Virus record (IMG/VR): IMGVR_UViG_2883068021_000001 | Span: 1 to 64,000 of that record | Reading direction: 5' to 3' (one strand) | Origin: a virus | Taxonomy: Duplodnaviria; Caudoviricetes | Length of the DNA: 64,000 nt | Shown here: positions 27,167 to 36,018 of the stretch, piece after piece | How positions within the stretch are numbered: position 1 is the first letter of the stretch | Layout of the letters: each line of letters begins with the position of its first letter | Notes under the pieces: generated by a model | Databases searched by the model: none | The model's input: only the letters and a program-made list of their open reading frames with translations | What the model was told of the DNA's origin: nothing | Made by a program: the position numbers and the translations under genes

Positions 27167-29087
27167 AGCTCTCCGCTTTCAGCGGCAGTCCGGGCGCCCA
27201 GTCGATGGGCATGCCCATAATTTCGTTTACTTTCTCCGTGGAGCTGGCAGTGTCGGGAACCTCCAGCACGACCTCATCATGAACGTGCATTACGATCCGG
27301 TACCCGGCGTCCGATAGCCGCAGCATAGCTACGGCGAGGCAGTCGCGGGCTACGGCCTGCACGATGTTCTCGACCAGCTTGCCGCCATAGGTCTCCTGCA
27401 TGCCCCACTTCTTTGTGGTCTGATCCATCCCCTCGTAAGCGAGCACGGTACCACCGTACTTTCCCGGGCGAAGCTGCGGGTGTACATACGCCAGGCGCCG
27501 GCCACTGGGCAGCTGGATGAAAAGGATATTGCGTTCCATACGGAGGACGATGCCATGACTGATGGTTACAGGCTGGCCGAACTCAACAGCCTCGATCGCG
27601 GCGTTCCCCACACAGTCCCAGTACCGCACGATCGCCTTATTGGCCTGGCGCCACATAGCCACCAGCCGTGGCAGCTCTTCCTCGACAATGCCCATTTTCA
27701 GTGCTCCCATCTTGATAAGCGCGTTCGGCCCTCCCTGGTAGCCCAGCGCCAACTCGGACACTTTTCCCTTCTGGCGCAGGTCGGAGCCCTTCGTAACACT
27801 CTCCAGCGGCACGCCGAACATCTGGGCGGCGGAGGCCTCGTAAATTTTCCCGTGGGTGGCAAAAACGCCCAGCCGCCACTTCTCCCCTGCCAGCCATGCG
27901 ATAACGCGCGCTTCGATGGCGGAGAAATCGGCTACCAGCAGTTTGTGGCCTTTCGGCGCGATAAAGGCGGTGCGGATAAGTTGCGAAAGCGCGTCCGGCA
28001 CGTTCCCGAAAAGCAGCTCCAACCCGCCAAGGTTATCTTGTCGCACCATCTCGCGGGCCAGCTCCAGATCGGACATTTCGTTACGCGGCAGGTTATGCAC
28101 CTGCACCAGGCGCCCGGCCCACCGACCCGTTCGGTTCGCCCCACCGAACTGCAGCAGCCCCCGCACGCGGCGGTCAGCGCACACGCATGCTGCGATAGCC
28201 TTGTACTTTTTCACAGATGTCTTTGCCATTTCCTGCCGAATCTGCAGCACGCGCTGCACGGCTTCTTTATCGGTCGCCTGCAGCAGAGCGGGGATATCAT
28301 CCTTACGGAGGGTTTCCACTTCGCTGTCCATCTCCTTCCCTAACCAGTCTTTGAGCTGGGTGGCGCTGTTGGGATTATCGAGCCCCGTGATCCGCACCGC
28401 CTCCTCGGTCAGCGTCTCTTTGTAGGCAAGATCCTGCCGGATGGCGTTGCGCACCAGCAGGGTGTCCACCAGGATCCCGTTGTCGTTGATGTACTGGTCC
28501 AGTTGCCAGAGGCGGCGTTCCTGATCGGGGATCTGGAAAGCAGACAGCTTGCCGCGGATTGCCAGCTCGACGCGAACGTCCTGCAGGTTGTAAGACTTGT
28601 ATTTTTCCCACCGCTCAGGGTCGTGCTCCGGGAGGTTACGGGTGCGGCCACCATTGGTTTTGGTCGGTTTGCAGGGTAGCGAGAAGTAGCGGATAAGCGC
28701 TTTGCCGGCCGCGTCTTTCTCTGCATCCAGCTTCAACGCTTTTGCTGCAGCATCCAGCGATAGCGGCAGGCCGAGCATGGCGACCTTCACCATTGTACAC
28801 TCCCACTGCTCCGGCGGCATTGGCAGGCCGAAATATTTGGCCATACATGTGCGTTCGAAAACCGCGTTATGGGCGGTTTTCAGCACCGCAGGTGAGGTAA
28901 GCGCATCAAGGATGTCGACTGGCAGCGTGTCGCCTGCCAGCAGATCAACGCACATAGGTTCGCCGCCATCGATGGCGTAGGAAAGCAGCAGGATCTCAAA
29001 GTCCAGAGCCTCCACGTACTTGTGAACGCCTGACTTTGTCAGATCGGTAGAGGAAAAGGTTTCTATATCTATGGCCAGCGTACGCAT
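27138..29087 (-). CDS. Family A DNA polymerase (APSE-like) with 3'-5' exonuclease
   Basis: Exonuclease motifs IDIET and AHNAVFE; motif A ADFSAIEAR, motif B RQKGKVSELALGY, motif C VHDE. Confidence 0.96.
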   Translation of the reverse strand: MRTLAIDIETFSSTDLTKSGVHKYVEALDFEILLLSYAIDGGEPMCVDLLAGDTLPVDILDALTSPAVLKTAHNAVFERTCMAKYFGLPMPPEQWECTMVKVAMLGLPLSLDAAAKALKLDAEKDAAGKALIRYFSLPCKPTKTNGGRTRNLPEHDPERWEKYKSYNLQDVRVELAIRGKLSAFQIPDQERRLWQLDQYINDNGILVDTLLVRNAIRQDLAYKETLTEEAVRITGLDNPNSATQLKDWLGKEMDSEVETLRKDDIPALLQATDKEAVQRVLQIRQEMAKTSVKKYKAIAACVCADRRVRGLLQFGGANRTGRWAGRLVQVHNLPRNEMSDLELAREMVRQDNLGGLELLFGNVPDALSQLIRTAFIAPKGHKLLVADFSAIEARVIAWLAGEKWRLGVFATHGKIYEASAAQMFGVPLESVTKGSDLRQKGKVSELALGYQGGPNALIKMGALKMGIVEEELPRLVAMWRQANKAIVRYWDCVGNAAIEAVEFGQPVTISHGIVLRMERNILFIQLPSGRRLAYVHPQLRPGKYGGTVLAYEGMDQTTKKWGMQETYGGKLVENIVQAVARDCLAVAMLRLSDAGYRIVMHVHDEVVLEVPDTASSTEKVNEIMGMPIDWAPGLPLKAESFETSFYKKD

Positions 29088-29275
29088 CAGCGTTTTACTT
29101 TTGCGGCTTCCTTGTTCAGGATATCCAGGTTATCGAGGATGTACCCTTTTACACCCGGGTGATCGATTCCGGCATTGAGCAAGTAAAGCAGGTACGGTGC
29201 GGGCACATTGGCCATGGCTTTGCCCCGATGTTTGCCAAATGGCATCAGGTCACGGTCGGTGAAAGCGTTTTGCAT
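29087..29275 (-). CDS. DUF3820-like small protein
   Basis: MPFGKHRGKAMANVPAPYLLYL. Confidence 0.8.
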   Translation of the reverse strand: MQNAFTDRDLMPFGKHRGKAMANVPAPYLLYLLNAGIDHPGVKGYILDNLDILNKEAAKVKR

Positions 29276-29285
29276 ATCAATAGAT

Positions 29286-29660
29286 TTAAAGAGAAATGGA
29301 GATGCCGGCGTCTGCCAGCTGTTTAATATGGTGCATCCGCGCAGCCTCCTTATGGGCTACGATCACACCGAGGATCTGGAGAGCTTCTACCTCCGTGATA
29401 TTGAAGTGGAAATCTTCGGAAGGCGGGGCTTTTCGTATAAAGGTTGACATGAGACCTTCCATAAGCCCGCCGATAGGGAATGCCATAGGGTTGGCTGCTC
29501 CATCAAAATGTTCGACAGGCGCTGCTTTTGGAAGAACTAACTTCAAACCGATTACAGCATCCAGATCTTTCAACCTGGTGGCGCAACGTTGCAGTTTGCG
29601 GATATCAGTATCCAATCCGCTAATCTGTTGCATAAGTCTTTGAATATCTTCGAATTGCAT
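29286..29660 (-). CDS. Hypothetical protein
   Basis: 124 aa in operon orientation. Confidence 0.65.
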   Translation of the reverse strand: MQFEDIQRLMQQISGLDTDIRKLQRCATRLKDLDAVIGLKLVLPKAAPVEHFDGAANPMAFPIGGLMEGLMSTFIRKAPPSEDFHFNITEVEALQILGVIVAHKEAARMHHIKQLADAGISISL

Positions 29661-29676
29661 ACGAGGAGGTTTTAAG

Positions 29677-29696
29677 GCTGGGGCCGAAGCCCCAGC
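29677..29696 (-). promoter_or_regulatory. Hairpin with UUCG loop after the SSB gene
   Basis: GCTGGGGC-TTCG-GCCCCAGC on the minus strand; no clear U-tract. Confidence 0.55.
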
Positions 29697-29699
29697 AGG

Positions 29700-30299
29700 T
29701 TAATCAAGCAAGTCTCCGTCATCCATTGGGAGATCATCAGAAAAATCGTCTTCCGCACGGCTACGACCACCCAGGTGCTCCCCGTCGCGGAGCTTCTGCA
29801 GGTTGTTCAGGCCGCAGGCGATGCCCTTATTCCCTTTGGTATCAAAAGCGTAAAAATTGATACTGGCACGACCATAACAGCCACTGTAGAGTTGCGCGGG
29901 ATCCGTGATCGGCAACGGTTTACCGTCCTTATCCTTCAGCGGCCCCACGACACCAGGCTGCGGTTTGCAGTTGGCGTTGAGGAAATAACTGTTGGCATAC
30001 GCTTCGTCGTCAGGGCGTTCTTCATCGCCATCGCGCAGCGGTAGCTTAAATTTGGCCGGCAGTTTGCCGCCGTTCTTTGCCTTCACCTGCGCTTTAATGG
30101 CTTCCACCGCCGCGTTGATCTTGTCAACTGTCTCGTTGTCCGATTTGGGGATGATGAGGGAAACAGAAAACTTCTTCTCCTGCCCTTCTTCCAGGGCGAC
30201 GGCTTCAAATACATGTACGTAGCTGAAGCGCACAAGGCCGGTAATCACTTTGCCGGGATTGGTTGTAGTTGTCATTGTTAAATATTGGTTTTGAATCAA
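29700..30299 (-). CDS. DUF2815 ssDNA-binding protein
   Basis: VRFSYVHVFE, PLRDGD, LYSGCYGR, NKGIACGLNNLQK and an acidic tail. Confidence 0.92.
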   Translation of the reverse strand: MIQNQYLTMTTTTNPGKVITGLVRFSYVHVFEAVALEEGQEKKFSVSLIIPKSDNETVDKINAAVEAIKAQVKAKNGGKLPAKFKLPLRDGDEERPDDEAYANSYFLNANCKPQPGVVGPLKDKDGKPLPITDPAQLYSGCYGRASINFYAFDTKGNKGIACGLNNLQKLRDGEHLGGRSRAEDDFSDDLPMDDGDLLD

Positions 30300-31460
30300 T
30301 TAAGAAAAATCGTTTTGAGCACTTTCAATGCTGTTCAGCTCTGGCCGTTTATCGGAAACTGGCACAAGCGCAGGTTTACCGGGCGGTTTGTCGATGAGAT
30401 CGGACAGTAGCACCGAAAACGCTTTCTTCCCGATGGCTTTCTCCATGGCGGTGATGCTGAGTAAAGTTTGAGGCTCGTATATCTGCGTGTCGGAGAAGCC
30501 ACCAGCCTTCAGCGCATCCGCAGCTTTTTCCCTGTCGGAATACACCCGATTGCTGCGGCCCTCTACCAGCTTATAACCAGGCCAGCGTTTGCCTTTCTGG
30601 ACAGCCGATTCGAGCGCAAACTCTTCCACAGCAGTGAGCCATTTCTGGAACTGGTCGGCGCGGGAAAGGATGTCCGCCACCTCCTGGTCAGAGAGCAAAT
30701 GCCCGTCACGGAAATCGTATTGGGCGATTTCGAGGTTCTTTTCCGCATTGGCCCGGCATACCGCTTTACCGCGGCAAAAGTGGCAGTGCTCTCCGGGAAC
30801 GAACTCGCCCTTTCCCTCAAAAGCGAGTTTCGCACGAGGTTTCACCACCTCTTCGGCCCATTTGCGCAGTTCGGTAGTCGGCAACTCCCAATCAGAGATG
30901 TTATCGCGCCTCGGCTGATATATGGTCATCTCAACGACATCTATGTCGTAAAGGATTCCATACTTTCGGATAGCCCCCAGCGCATATAACATCATTTGTT
31001 CGTTACGTTCCGCCGACACTAACACGCCCTTACCATACTTCAAATCGATGTTCCGCATGCGGCCGTCGCCGATAATGGTGACGTCGCCGGTGCCGAAGCC
31101 TTCAGGAACATACTCCGTCATATCCAACTTAACCTCGATGAAAATAGCTGCATCAGGGGTCGCCGCCTGGATAGTCTCAAAAGTCTCAACCACGTAGGCC
31201 ACATAGTCTTCCATGTAGACCTGCATGGCGTCATCGTACAATGGCGAGAGCTTACATTCCTTCAGGATAGCAGCAGATTCTGTAGTAGAGATGAGCCCGT
31301 ATTTCTCCTTTAGCATCGTCTCAGCGAGCAGGTGAGCGAGGGTACCCCGTTTTGCCTCTATACCGGCTCTATCCTCGAATTGAGCTTCCAAATGAGCGGA
31401 GAGAGTGCATGCGATCCATCTTTTAGCACTGGAGGGAGGGAGGAATGCATGAGAACTCAT
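30300..31460 (-). CDS. DUF2800 PD-(D/E)XK (Cas4-like) exonuclease
   Basis: HAFLPPSSAKRWIAC, GFGTGD, IDLKYGKG, N.QMMLYALG, HCHFC...CR. Confidence 0.92.
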   Translation of the reverse strand: MSSHAFLPPSSAKRWIACTLSAHLEAQFEDRAGIEAKRGTLAHLLAETMLKEKYGLISTTESAAILKECKLSPLYDDAMQVYMEDYVAYVVETFETIQAATPDAAIFIEVKLDMTEYVPEGFGTGDVTIIGDGRMRNIDLKYGKGVLVSAERNEQMMLYALGAIRKYGILYDIDVVEMTIYQPRRDNISDWELPTTELRKWAEEVVKPRAKLAFEGKGEFVPGEHCHFCRGKAVCRANAEKNLEIAQYDFRDGHLLSDQEVADILSRADQFQKWLTAVEEFALESAVQKGKRWPGYKLVEGRSNRVYSDREKAADALKAGGFSDTQIYEPQTLLSITAMEKAIGKKAFSVLLSDLIDKPPGKPALVPVSDKRPELNSIESAQNDFS

Positions 31461-31846
31461 AACTTATCCAGTTCGGCCATGAATGCGGAGTAATCAGCCT
31501 TTTCCAGCGCGGTGAGTCGATTTGCACCGAATTTCTCCAGCGTCTCTTTAACCTGGTCCTGTTTGCCTTCATCGATCTTAGCTTTGGAGGCTTTCCTGAC
31601 ATCCTCAAGCGAGAGAGTTTTGCCTTCTGTTTCAACAGCAGCGGGTGCTAGTGTCTGTTTCTCGGCAACGTTGCCGGATGATAAAGGTGCTGCAACCTTT
31701 GAGGTTGTTGGGGCGGCTAAAGCCTTAGCAGAATCGCCAGATTTGACACCGGGCGCGCACGAGCTGTCTGCCAGGGCCGAAAAGACCAAAGCCAGCTTTT
31801 CAAAATCTGCCGCTTTATCAGCGGTCAAAGTCATACTGATGTTCAT
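31457..31846 (-). CDS. Phage replication-module hypothetical protein
   Basis: Start MNISMTL at 31846; the C-terminus SLEDVRKA...VKETLEKFGANRLTAL..DYSAF is typical of the gene preceding DUF2800. Confidence 0.75.
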   Translation of the reverse strand: MNISMTLTADKAADFEKLALVFSALADSSCAPGVKSGDSAKALAAPTTSKVAAPLSSGNVAEKQTLAPAAVETEGKTLSLEDVRKASKAKIDEGKQDQVKETLEKFGANRLTALEKADYSAFMAELDKL

Positions 31847-31848
31847 AC

Positions 31849-32109
31849 CTATATTGCTTTTTTGATGTTTACGTTTGACGATGCACCAGATCGCAGTGCA
31901 GATAAGGGCGAGAGTGAAAACTGCACCTGCAATTTCGACCAGTGCAGTACTTCGATTTCTTCGGACACGTCCGGCATAATGATGATTTCGTACGGCGGTT
32001 CGAATTCTTCCGAAATCCTTGACAAGATGCGCCTGCGATCGTCGATGAAGCTGTACCGTTCCTGGAACCACACGCGGCCGGACGCCACTATCGTTATTAC
32101 TCCGGTCAT
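31849..32109 (-). CDS. Hypothetical protein (86 aa, MTGVITIVASGRVWF...)
   Basis: ATG at 32109, 11 nt after the upstream stop; ends 2 nt before the next start. Confidence 0.55.
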   Translation of the reverse strand: MTGVITIVASGRVWFQERYSFIDDRRRILSRISEEFEPPYEIIIMPDVSEEIEVLHWSKLQVQFSLSPLSALRSGASSNVNIKKAI

Positions 32110-32120
32110 GCGATGGTTCT

Positions 32121-32294
32121 TTAAAGACCTTCCGCATTGCGGCATACAGGACAATGAACATCGTCATCGTCACAATGTGAGCAAAAAGTGGTGTCATCTC
32201 CCAGGGCTTTAAAAAGTTTACCGAGAAAGTAAGCGAACAGACACAGTAGTGCCAGGCACAGCATACCGCCGAGTACGAGTGTGATCGGGCTCAT
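32121..32294 (-). CDS. 57-aa membrane microprotein with CxxC...CxxC
   Basis: Translated by hand: MSPITLVLGGMLCLALLCLFAYFLGKLFKALGDDTTFCSHCDDDDVHCPVCRNAEGL; ATGA overlap with the upstream gene. Confidence 0.65.
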   Translation of the reverse strand: MSPITLVLGGMLCLALLCLFAYFLGKLFKALGDDTTFCSHCDDDDVHCPVCRNAEGL

Positions 32295-32389
32295 GATTTA
32301 CCGGTTTTATTGTACAGGTAAAAAGCGATGGTGCAAAGCAGGTAGTAAGCCGCAATTATGGCCCCTGCGAGGATGGTATTGTTGTCCAT
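32291..32389 (-). CDS. 32-aa single-TM microprotein
   Basis: Translated by hand: MDNNTILAGAIIAAYYLLCTIAFYLYNKTGKS. Confidence 0.6.
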   Translation of the reverse strand: MDNNTILAGAIIAAYYLLCTIAFYLYNKTGKS

Positions 32390-32462
32390 AGTTTATTGAA
32401 TTAAAAGGGTGAGAAAATTCCAGATTTAGAAAAACCCGGACTACTCTTCCAATGTTTCACAT

Positions 32463-33308
32463 TCAAATCGCGTCTGCAATCAGTTCCAGTTCCTTTTTAT
32501 CGCTCAGTTTGTACCATTTCCCTGACTCAATGCCGTTCTCGCCGGCGTAGCCAACAACGTGACGGTTGCGGGTACCATCCCAGTAAGTCAGGATCAGCGC
32601 CCCGTTTTCTCCGCAACATGCTCTTCCGTTAAGCCCGAGTACTACAGCGTGCCCGCCATAGCCAGCAGCGGATGCGTGCCCGCCATAGCCAGCAGCGGAT
32701 GCGTGCCCGCCATAGCCAGCAGCGGATGCGTGCCCGCCATCGCCAGCAGCGGATGCGTGCCCGCCATCGCCAGCAGCGGATGCGTGCCCGCCATAGCCAG
32801 CAGCGGATGCGTGCCCGTACTTGCCAGCAGCGGATGCGTGCCCGCCATCGCCAGCAGCGGATGCTGAGGCTTTAAATTCAGTGGTCACTACACTGACACC
32901 TTCTTCGTCAGAATATTTTGCGGTAGGGTCCTGCACTACTTGGAGGCGCAACTCGGCGGCATGCTTCAGCCAGAAATACTTCATAACGAAATCATACGCC
33001 AGGCGGAATGTACCGGTTACAAGAACAGTGCAGGCGGGGAACTTGACCTTACCGCTCAATTCGCGGATATCCTTCTCGTCTACTTCCAGTGCAAGCCATT
33101 TTGCCTGCGGACTTTTAAATTTGAGGTCAAAATTACCTTGTGCCCAGAGCCAGCCATGTAGCCCATTGCCACATTCGGTGTTGTCTTTCCAGTCAGGACA
33201 GGTAACGGGGCCGGATTCAGGCCATTTGAAGCCTCCGTGGCTGGTCATATCCGGCTCACATGAACGCAATACGAGGACTTTCCCCGTGGGAAGAGTGTAA
33301 TTTTCCAT
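32463..33308 (-). CDS. DUF7666-like phage protein with ASAAGxGGH repeats
   Basis: HGGFKWP...CGNGLHGW N-terminus, 8 repeat units, and C-terminal GENGIESGKWYKL. Confidence 0.75.
   Translation of the reverse strand: MENYTLPTGKVLVLRSCEPDMTSHGGFKWPESGPVTCPDWKDNTECGNGLHGWLWAQGNFDLKFKSPQAKWLALEVDEKDIRELSGKVKFPACTVLVTGTFRLAYDFVMKYFWLKHAAELRLQVVQDPTAKYSDEEGVSVVTTEFKASASAAGDGGHASAAGKYGHASAAGYGGHASAAGDGGHASAAGDGGHASAAGYGGHASAAGYGGHASAAGYGGHAVVLGLNGRACCGENGALILTYWDGTRNRHVVGYAGENGIESGKWYKLSDKKELELIADAI
32648..32863. repeat. 27-bp tandem repeat x8 (coding)
   Basis: Unit CGTGCCCGCCAT(A/C)GCCAGCAGCGGATG with no spacers; one unit is a variant (KY). Confidence 0.95.
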
Positions 33309-33356
33309 AATTGTATTGGTAAAATTTGTGTTATGAATTACCTCCGGAAGAGGCGG

Positions 33357-33644
33357 TTATACCTGTTTAAGTTGTTCCTGTAAAAGATTGATGCACATCT
33401 GATCGCTGAGCTCGTCGCGGAGGAAGGATTGGAGATCCGTCCAGTATTTGAAGCCGTCGATCAACACTGCTACATCCGCGCCGTTATGCTGGTGGTAATC
33501 GCAGATGTAACCGGCTTGCAGTAACAATTCCAGCAACTCCCCGTTCTCCAATTCGCGATCCTCCTGCGGAATGCAGTCGCGATCCCAGGCGATGAAAAGG
33601 CCGAGACCATCGGCGCCGACGATATAATCGATGATGTGGATCAT
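33357..33644 (-). CDS. Hypothetical protein
   Basis: 95 aa, early operon. Confidence 0.6.
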   Translation of the reverse strand: MIHIIDYIVGADGLGLFIAWDRDCIPQEDRELENGELLELLLQAGYICDYHQHNGADVAVLIDGFKYWTDLQSFLRDELSDQMCINLLQEQLKQV

Positions 33645-33856
33645 GCTTTCTTGGTTTTAGGGGTGCGCAAGTGGTCTGGCTTCAGTCTGCCACAGAGAAT
33701 GCGCGTTTTAAGATCGACCACCCGAGCCTGCCTTTTATTCTGCCGCCGGGCGGGTGAGGCGGATTTCTCCGCCCGCACCTCTTCCAGCAGCCAGTCAGCG
33801 ATCTTCCGGAGCGCCAATAAGTTTTGTTCAAGTTTGTCGATACGTTCGGGGCTCAT
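33641..33856 (-). CDS. Hypothetical basic protein
   Basis: 71 aa, overlapping the next start. Confidence 0.6.
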   Translation of the reverse strand: MSPERIDKLEQNLLALRKIADWLLEEVRAEKSASPARRQNKRQARVVDLKTRILCGRLKPDHLRTPKTKKA

Positions 33857-33868
33857 GGCGAGGGTAGT

Positions 33869-34075
33869 TTAAAGGTTATCGATTTCCGCGGCCTGTTGTG
33901 CTACGATCTTCCTTGCCTCCCTCACCACAACCTTTAAAGCGGTATGATCCCGGCGCCGGTCGCCCAGCGATTCCGACACCGAAGCGGGTCTCAGGCCATG
34001 CTGGCGGCAGATATCCGCCACGTTCACCTGCTTCAACAATTCCTTTATTTCTTCTTTCTTATCTGCCGGAATCAT
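33869..34075 (-). CDS. Cro-like HTH protein
   Basis: 68 aa, VADICRQHGLRPASVSESL; first gene of the leftward operon, divergent from the repressor. Confidence 0.72.
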   Translation of the reverse strand: MIPADKKEEIKELLKQVNVADICRQHGLRPASVSESLGDRRRDHTALKVVVREARKIVAQQAAEIDNL

Positions 34076-34137
34076 ACGTATTACGATTTTTGCGTACTTT
34101 CACGTGTAATTTTTCAGTAACCACAGTGTAACTTTGC

Positions 34138-34231
34138 TGTGCGATTACAGTACAAATCTATGTGCGATTATCGAACATTCCAAGAGATAAATGTTCGATT
34201 GTAAAACTTTCGATGTTATTCAATCGAACAT
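34138..34231. promoter_or_regulatory. Genetic-switch operator region with TGTKCGATW half-sites
   Basis: TGTGCGATTA at 34138 and 34161; inverted pair ATCGAACATT(34170)/AATGTTCGAT(34190); AATCGAACAT at 34222. Confidence 0.72.
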
Positions 34232-34243
34232 AATTTTTATTAA

Positions 34244-34624
34244 ATGGATTTCAAAATAGAGCTTCAAAAGCTGGTAGATATTGTAAAAAATAACAGCAAA
34301 ATGGCCGGTGCGCCTTTAACCAACGAAGCAATTGCGAAACGGTTAGGGTATACCAGAACACACTTTTCCACCTTATTGGGCTCTAACGGGAAAGTATATC
34401 AGGAACATCTAGATAACTTTAAAGCTCATTTTCGCACTGAACTGGTTGGAATAGGGAAGCCCGCTTTACCTGGAGACGAACTTAACCGGGAGCGTGCTCT
34501 GTTGAAGGTGCTGGTTCAGCGGGTGGCGAAACAGGAAGCGGAGCGCCTGGGGATTTCGGTGGAAAAGGCGCTGGAGGAAATTGAGCGAGATACCATGATA
34601 GCATGGCGGGATTTGGAGAAATAG
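34244..34624 (+). CDS. Prophage repressor-like HTH protein
   Basis: LTNEAIAKRLGYTRTHFSTLL HTH; divergent from cro; no S24 peptidase domain. Confidence 0.72.
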   Translation: MDFKIELQKLVDIVKNNSKMAGAPLTNEAIAKRLGYTRTHFSTLLGSNGKVYQEHLDNFKAHFRTELVGIGKPALPGDELNRERALLKVLVQRVAKQEAERLGISVEKALEEIERDTMIAWRDLEK

Positions 34625-34762
34625 CTGCGCCCGGCCCCAGTCTTCTTTTCTTGCGGCTCATGTCGTACAGTTTTGGAGGTTAACTCAGTTAATAGGTAGT
34701 AGGTTCAACAAACATAATACCGCAGTACGCATTGTATATGCGCATTATAAATAAAGAATACC

Positions 34763-35317
34763 ATGAAGTACATCTCATTTACTGTTTGTTTTAGTTTGAT
34801 ATTATTTTCAGCATGTGCGCCTGGAGGAAAAATAATTAAACAGAATTACCCCAGTCCGTTTGAATTCTCAATTACCGAATCTTCAGCAGATAAAAAGGAT
34901 GAATTATTTGTTCGCGCATTTGAGTGGGTTTCGAAATCTTACGGATCCGCTAAAGCAGTTGTTGATATGCACGATAAAGAAGCAGGTAAGATTATTGGAA
35001 AAGCAATGATGTCATTTCCTAAAAACCCTTTTGGAAATATAGCTTATGTAATGTCTATTGATGTTCGAGATGGTAAGTACCGAATGGTATTGTCAGATTT
35101 TAGGCATTCCGGAAGAGAACTGACATCCGCATATGGACCATCTACAGGAACCGAATATGGTGATTTGAACCAGCAAGTTTTCATGAGGAGATTTGCTGGC
35201 GACGCGAAAAAAACTGAAGACAAAGTATTCTATAGTGTGAAAAACTACGCTATGACGGAGGCCCAAGCCATTCTTACTACGTTCAGCGAGAAGATGAAAA
35301 CTAAAGACTCTTTCTAG
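34763..35317 (+). CDS. Lipoprotein, DUF4468-like
   Basis: Lipobox FSAC; KDELFVRAFEWVSKSY..AKAVVDMHDKEAGKIIGKA...IDVRDGKYR. Confidence 0.75.
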   Translation: MKYISFTVCFSLILFSACAPGGKIIKQNYPSPFEFSITESSADKKDELFVRAFEWVSKSYGSAKAVVDMHDKEAGKIIGKAMMSFPKNPFGNIAYVMSIDVRDGKYRMVLSDFRHSGRELTSAYGPSTGTEYGDLNQQVFMRRFAGDAKKTEDKVFYSVKNYAMTEAQAILTTFSEKMKTKDSF

Positions 35318-35371
35318 CCTATAGCATTTACTTAAAAAAACTTATTGTAAAAGAACAGCCTCGCCATCACT

Positions 35372-35860
35372 ATGAAAAAAGCACTTATTTTGTTCCTGTT
35401 TATTGCTCCGACAGTTGCTTTTGCTCAAACGAAAGCCGTTGGGTTGTCTGCTGGTTTCCATAGCGAGAAATGCTTAAATGTAGACCTCTTTTTTAAACTT
35501 AATAAGAGCAGGTTTCATATTGGCGCCACTTATCAGTTTACTGACAAAGAAGGAAAGGCCGATAGGACTGAAAACCGGGTTTATCCTCCGGGCTACTCAG
35601 ACATAAAAGATTTCTTTTATACAATTGATTTGGGATACAGCAGATATGTTTGGAAGGGGCTGAATCTACAAATTGTTGCCAGCGGCGGCGAAAAATATGA
35701 CTACGTGAATCAAGGTGCCTCACACCACGTTTTTAATGAGAAAGCAACATTTGGCGGCGGCGGATATGTTGGCTATCAATACAAGACGATCGAAGTTTTT
35801 GCAGGAGGACATTCGTTGAGAGGCGTTGGCGGCGGAATAAGATTGAATTTTGGTCTATAA
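35372..35860 (+). CDS. Small outer-membrane beta-barrel protein
   Basis: Signal peptide VAFA-Q, alternating beta strands, terminal GGIRLNFGL. Confidence 0.72.
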   Translation: MKKALILFLFIAPTVAFAQTKAVGLSAGFHSEKCLNVDLFFKLNKSRFHIGATYQFTDKEGKADRTENRVYPPGYSDIKDFFYTIDLGYSRYVWKGLNLQIVASGGEKYDYVNQGASHHVFNEKATFGGGGYVGYQYKTIEVFAGGHSLRGVGGGIRLNFGL

Positions 35861-35903
35861 TTCCCGAAAATGAGAATTGATAGCGCAAACAAGTTTGCGG
35901 CAC

Positions 35904-35925
35904 TCTACGTAAAAGTCTACGCAAG
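35904..35925. promoter_or_regulatory. Putative integrase arm-type sites of the prophage
   Basis: Direct repeats TCTACGTAAA (35904) and TCTACGCAAG (35916), about 100 bp from the att core. Confidence 0.45.
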
Positions 35926-36018
35926 CCCACAAAACCACATTCATATTAAATAATCAGCGTTTCGTAAATATCAGAAAACCAAGCGATAACACTTTTGGAG
36001 GGCTGGAGTAAGAAAATC

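Noticed and set aside
31457-32197. Single 246-aa ORF from the track
   Set aside because: Better explained by tightly packed genes at 32121-32294, 31849-32109 and 31457-31846.
32648-32863. 27-bp repeats as a CRISPR or guide-RNA array
   Set aside because: The units are contiguous with no spacers, are a multiple of 3, and lie in frame in a protein. The nearby Cas4-like DUF2800 is a standard phage replication nuclease.
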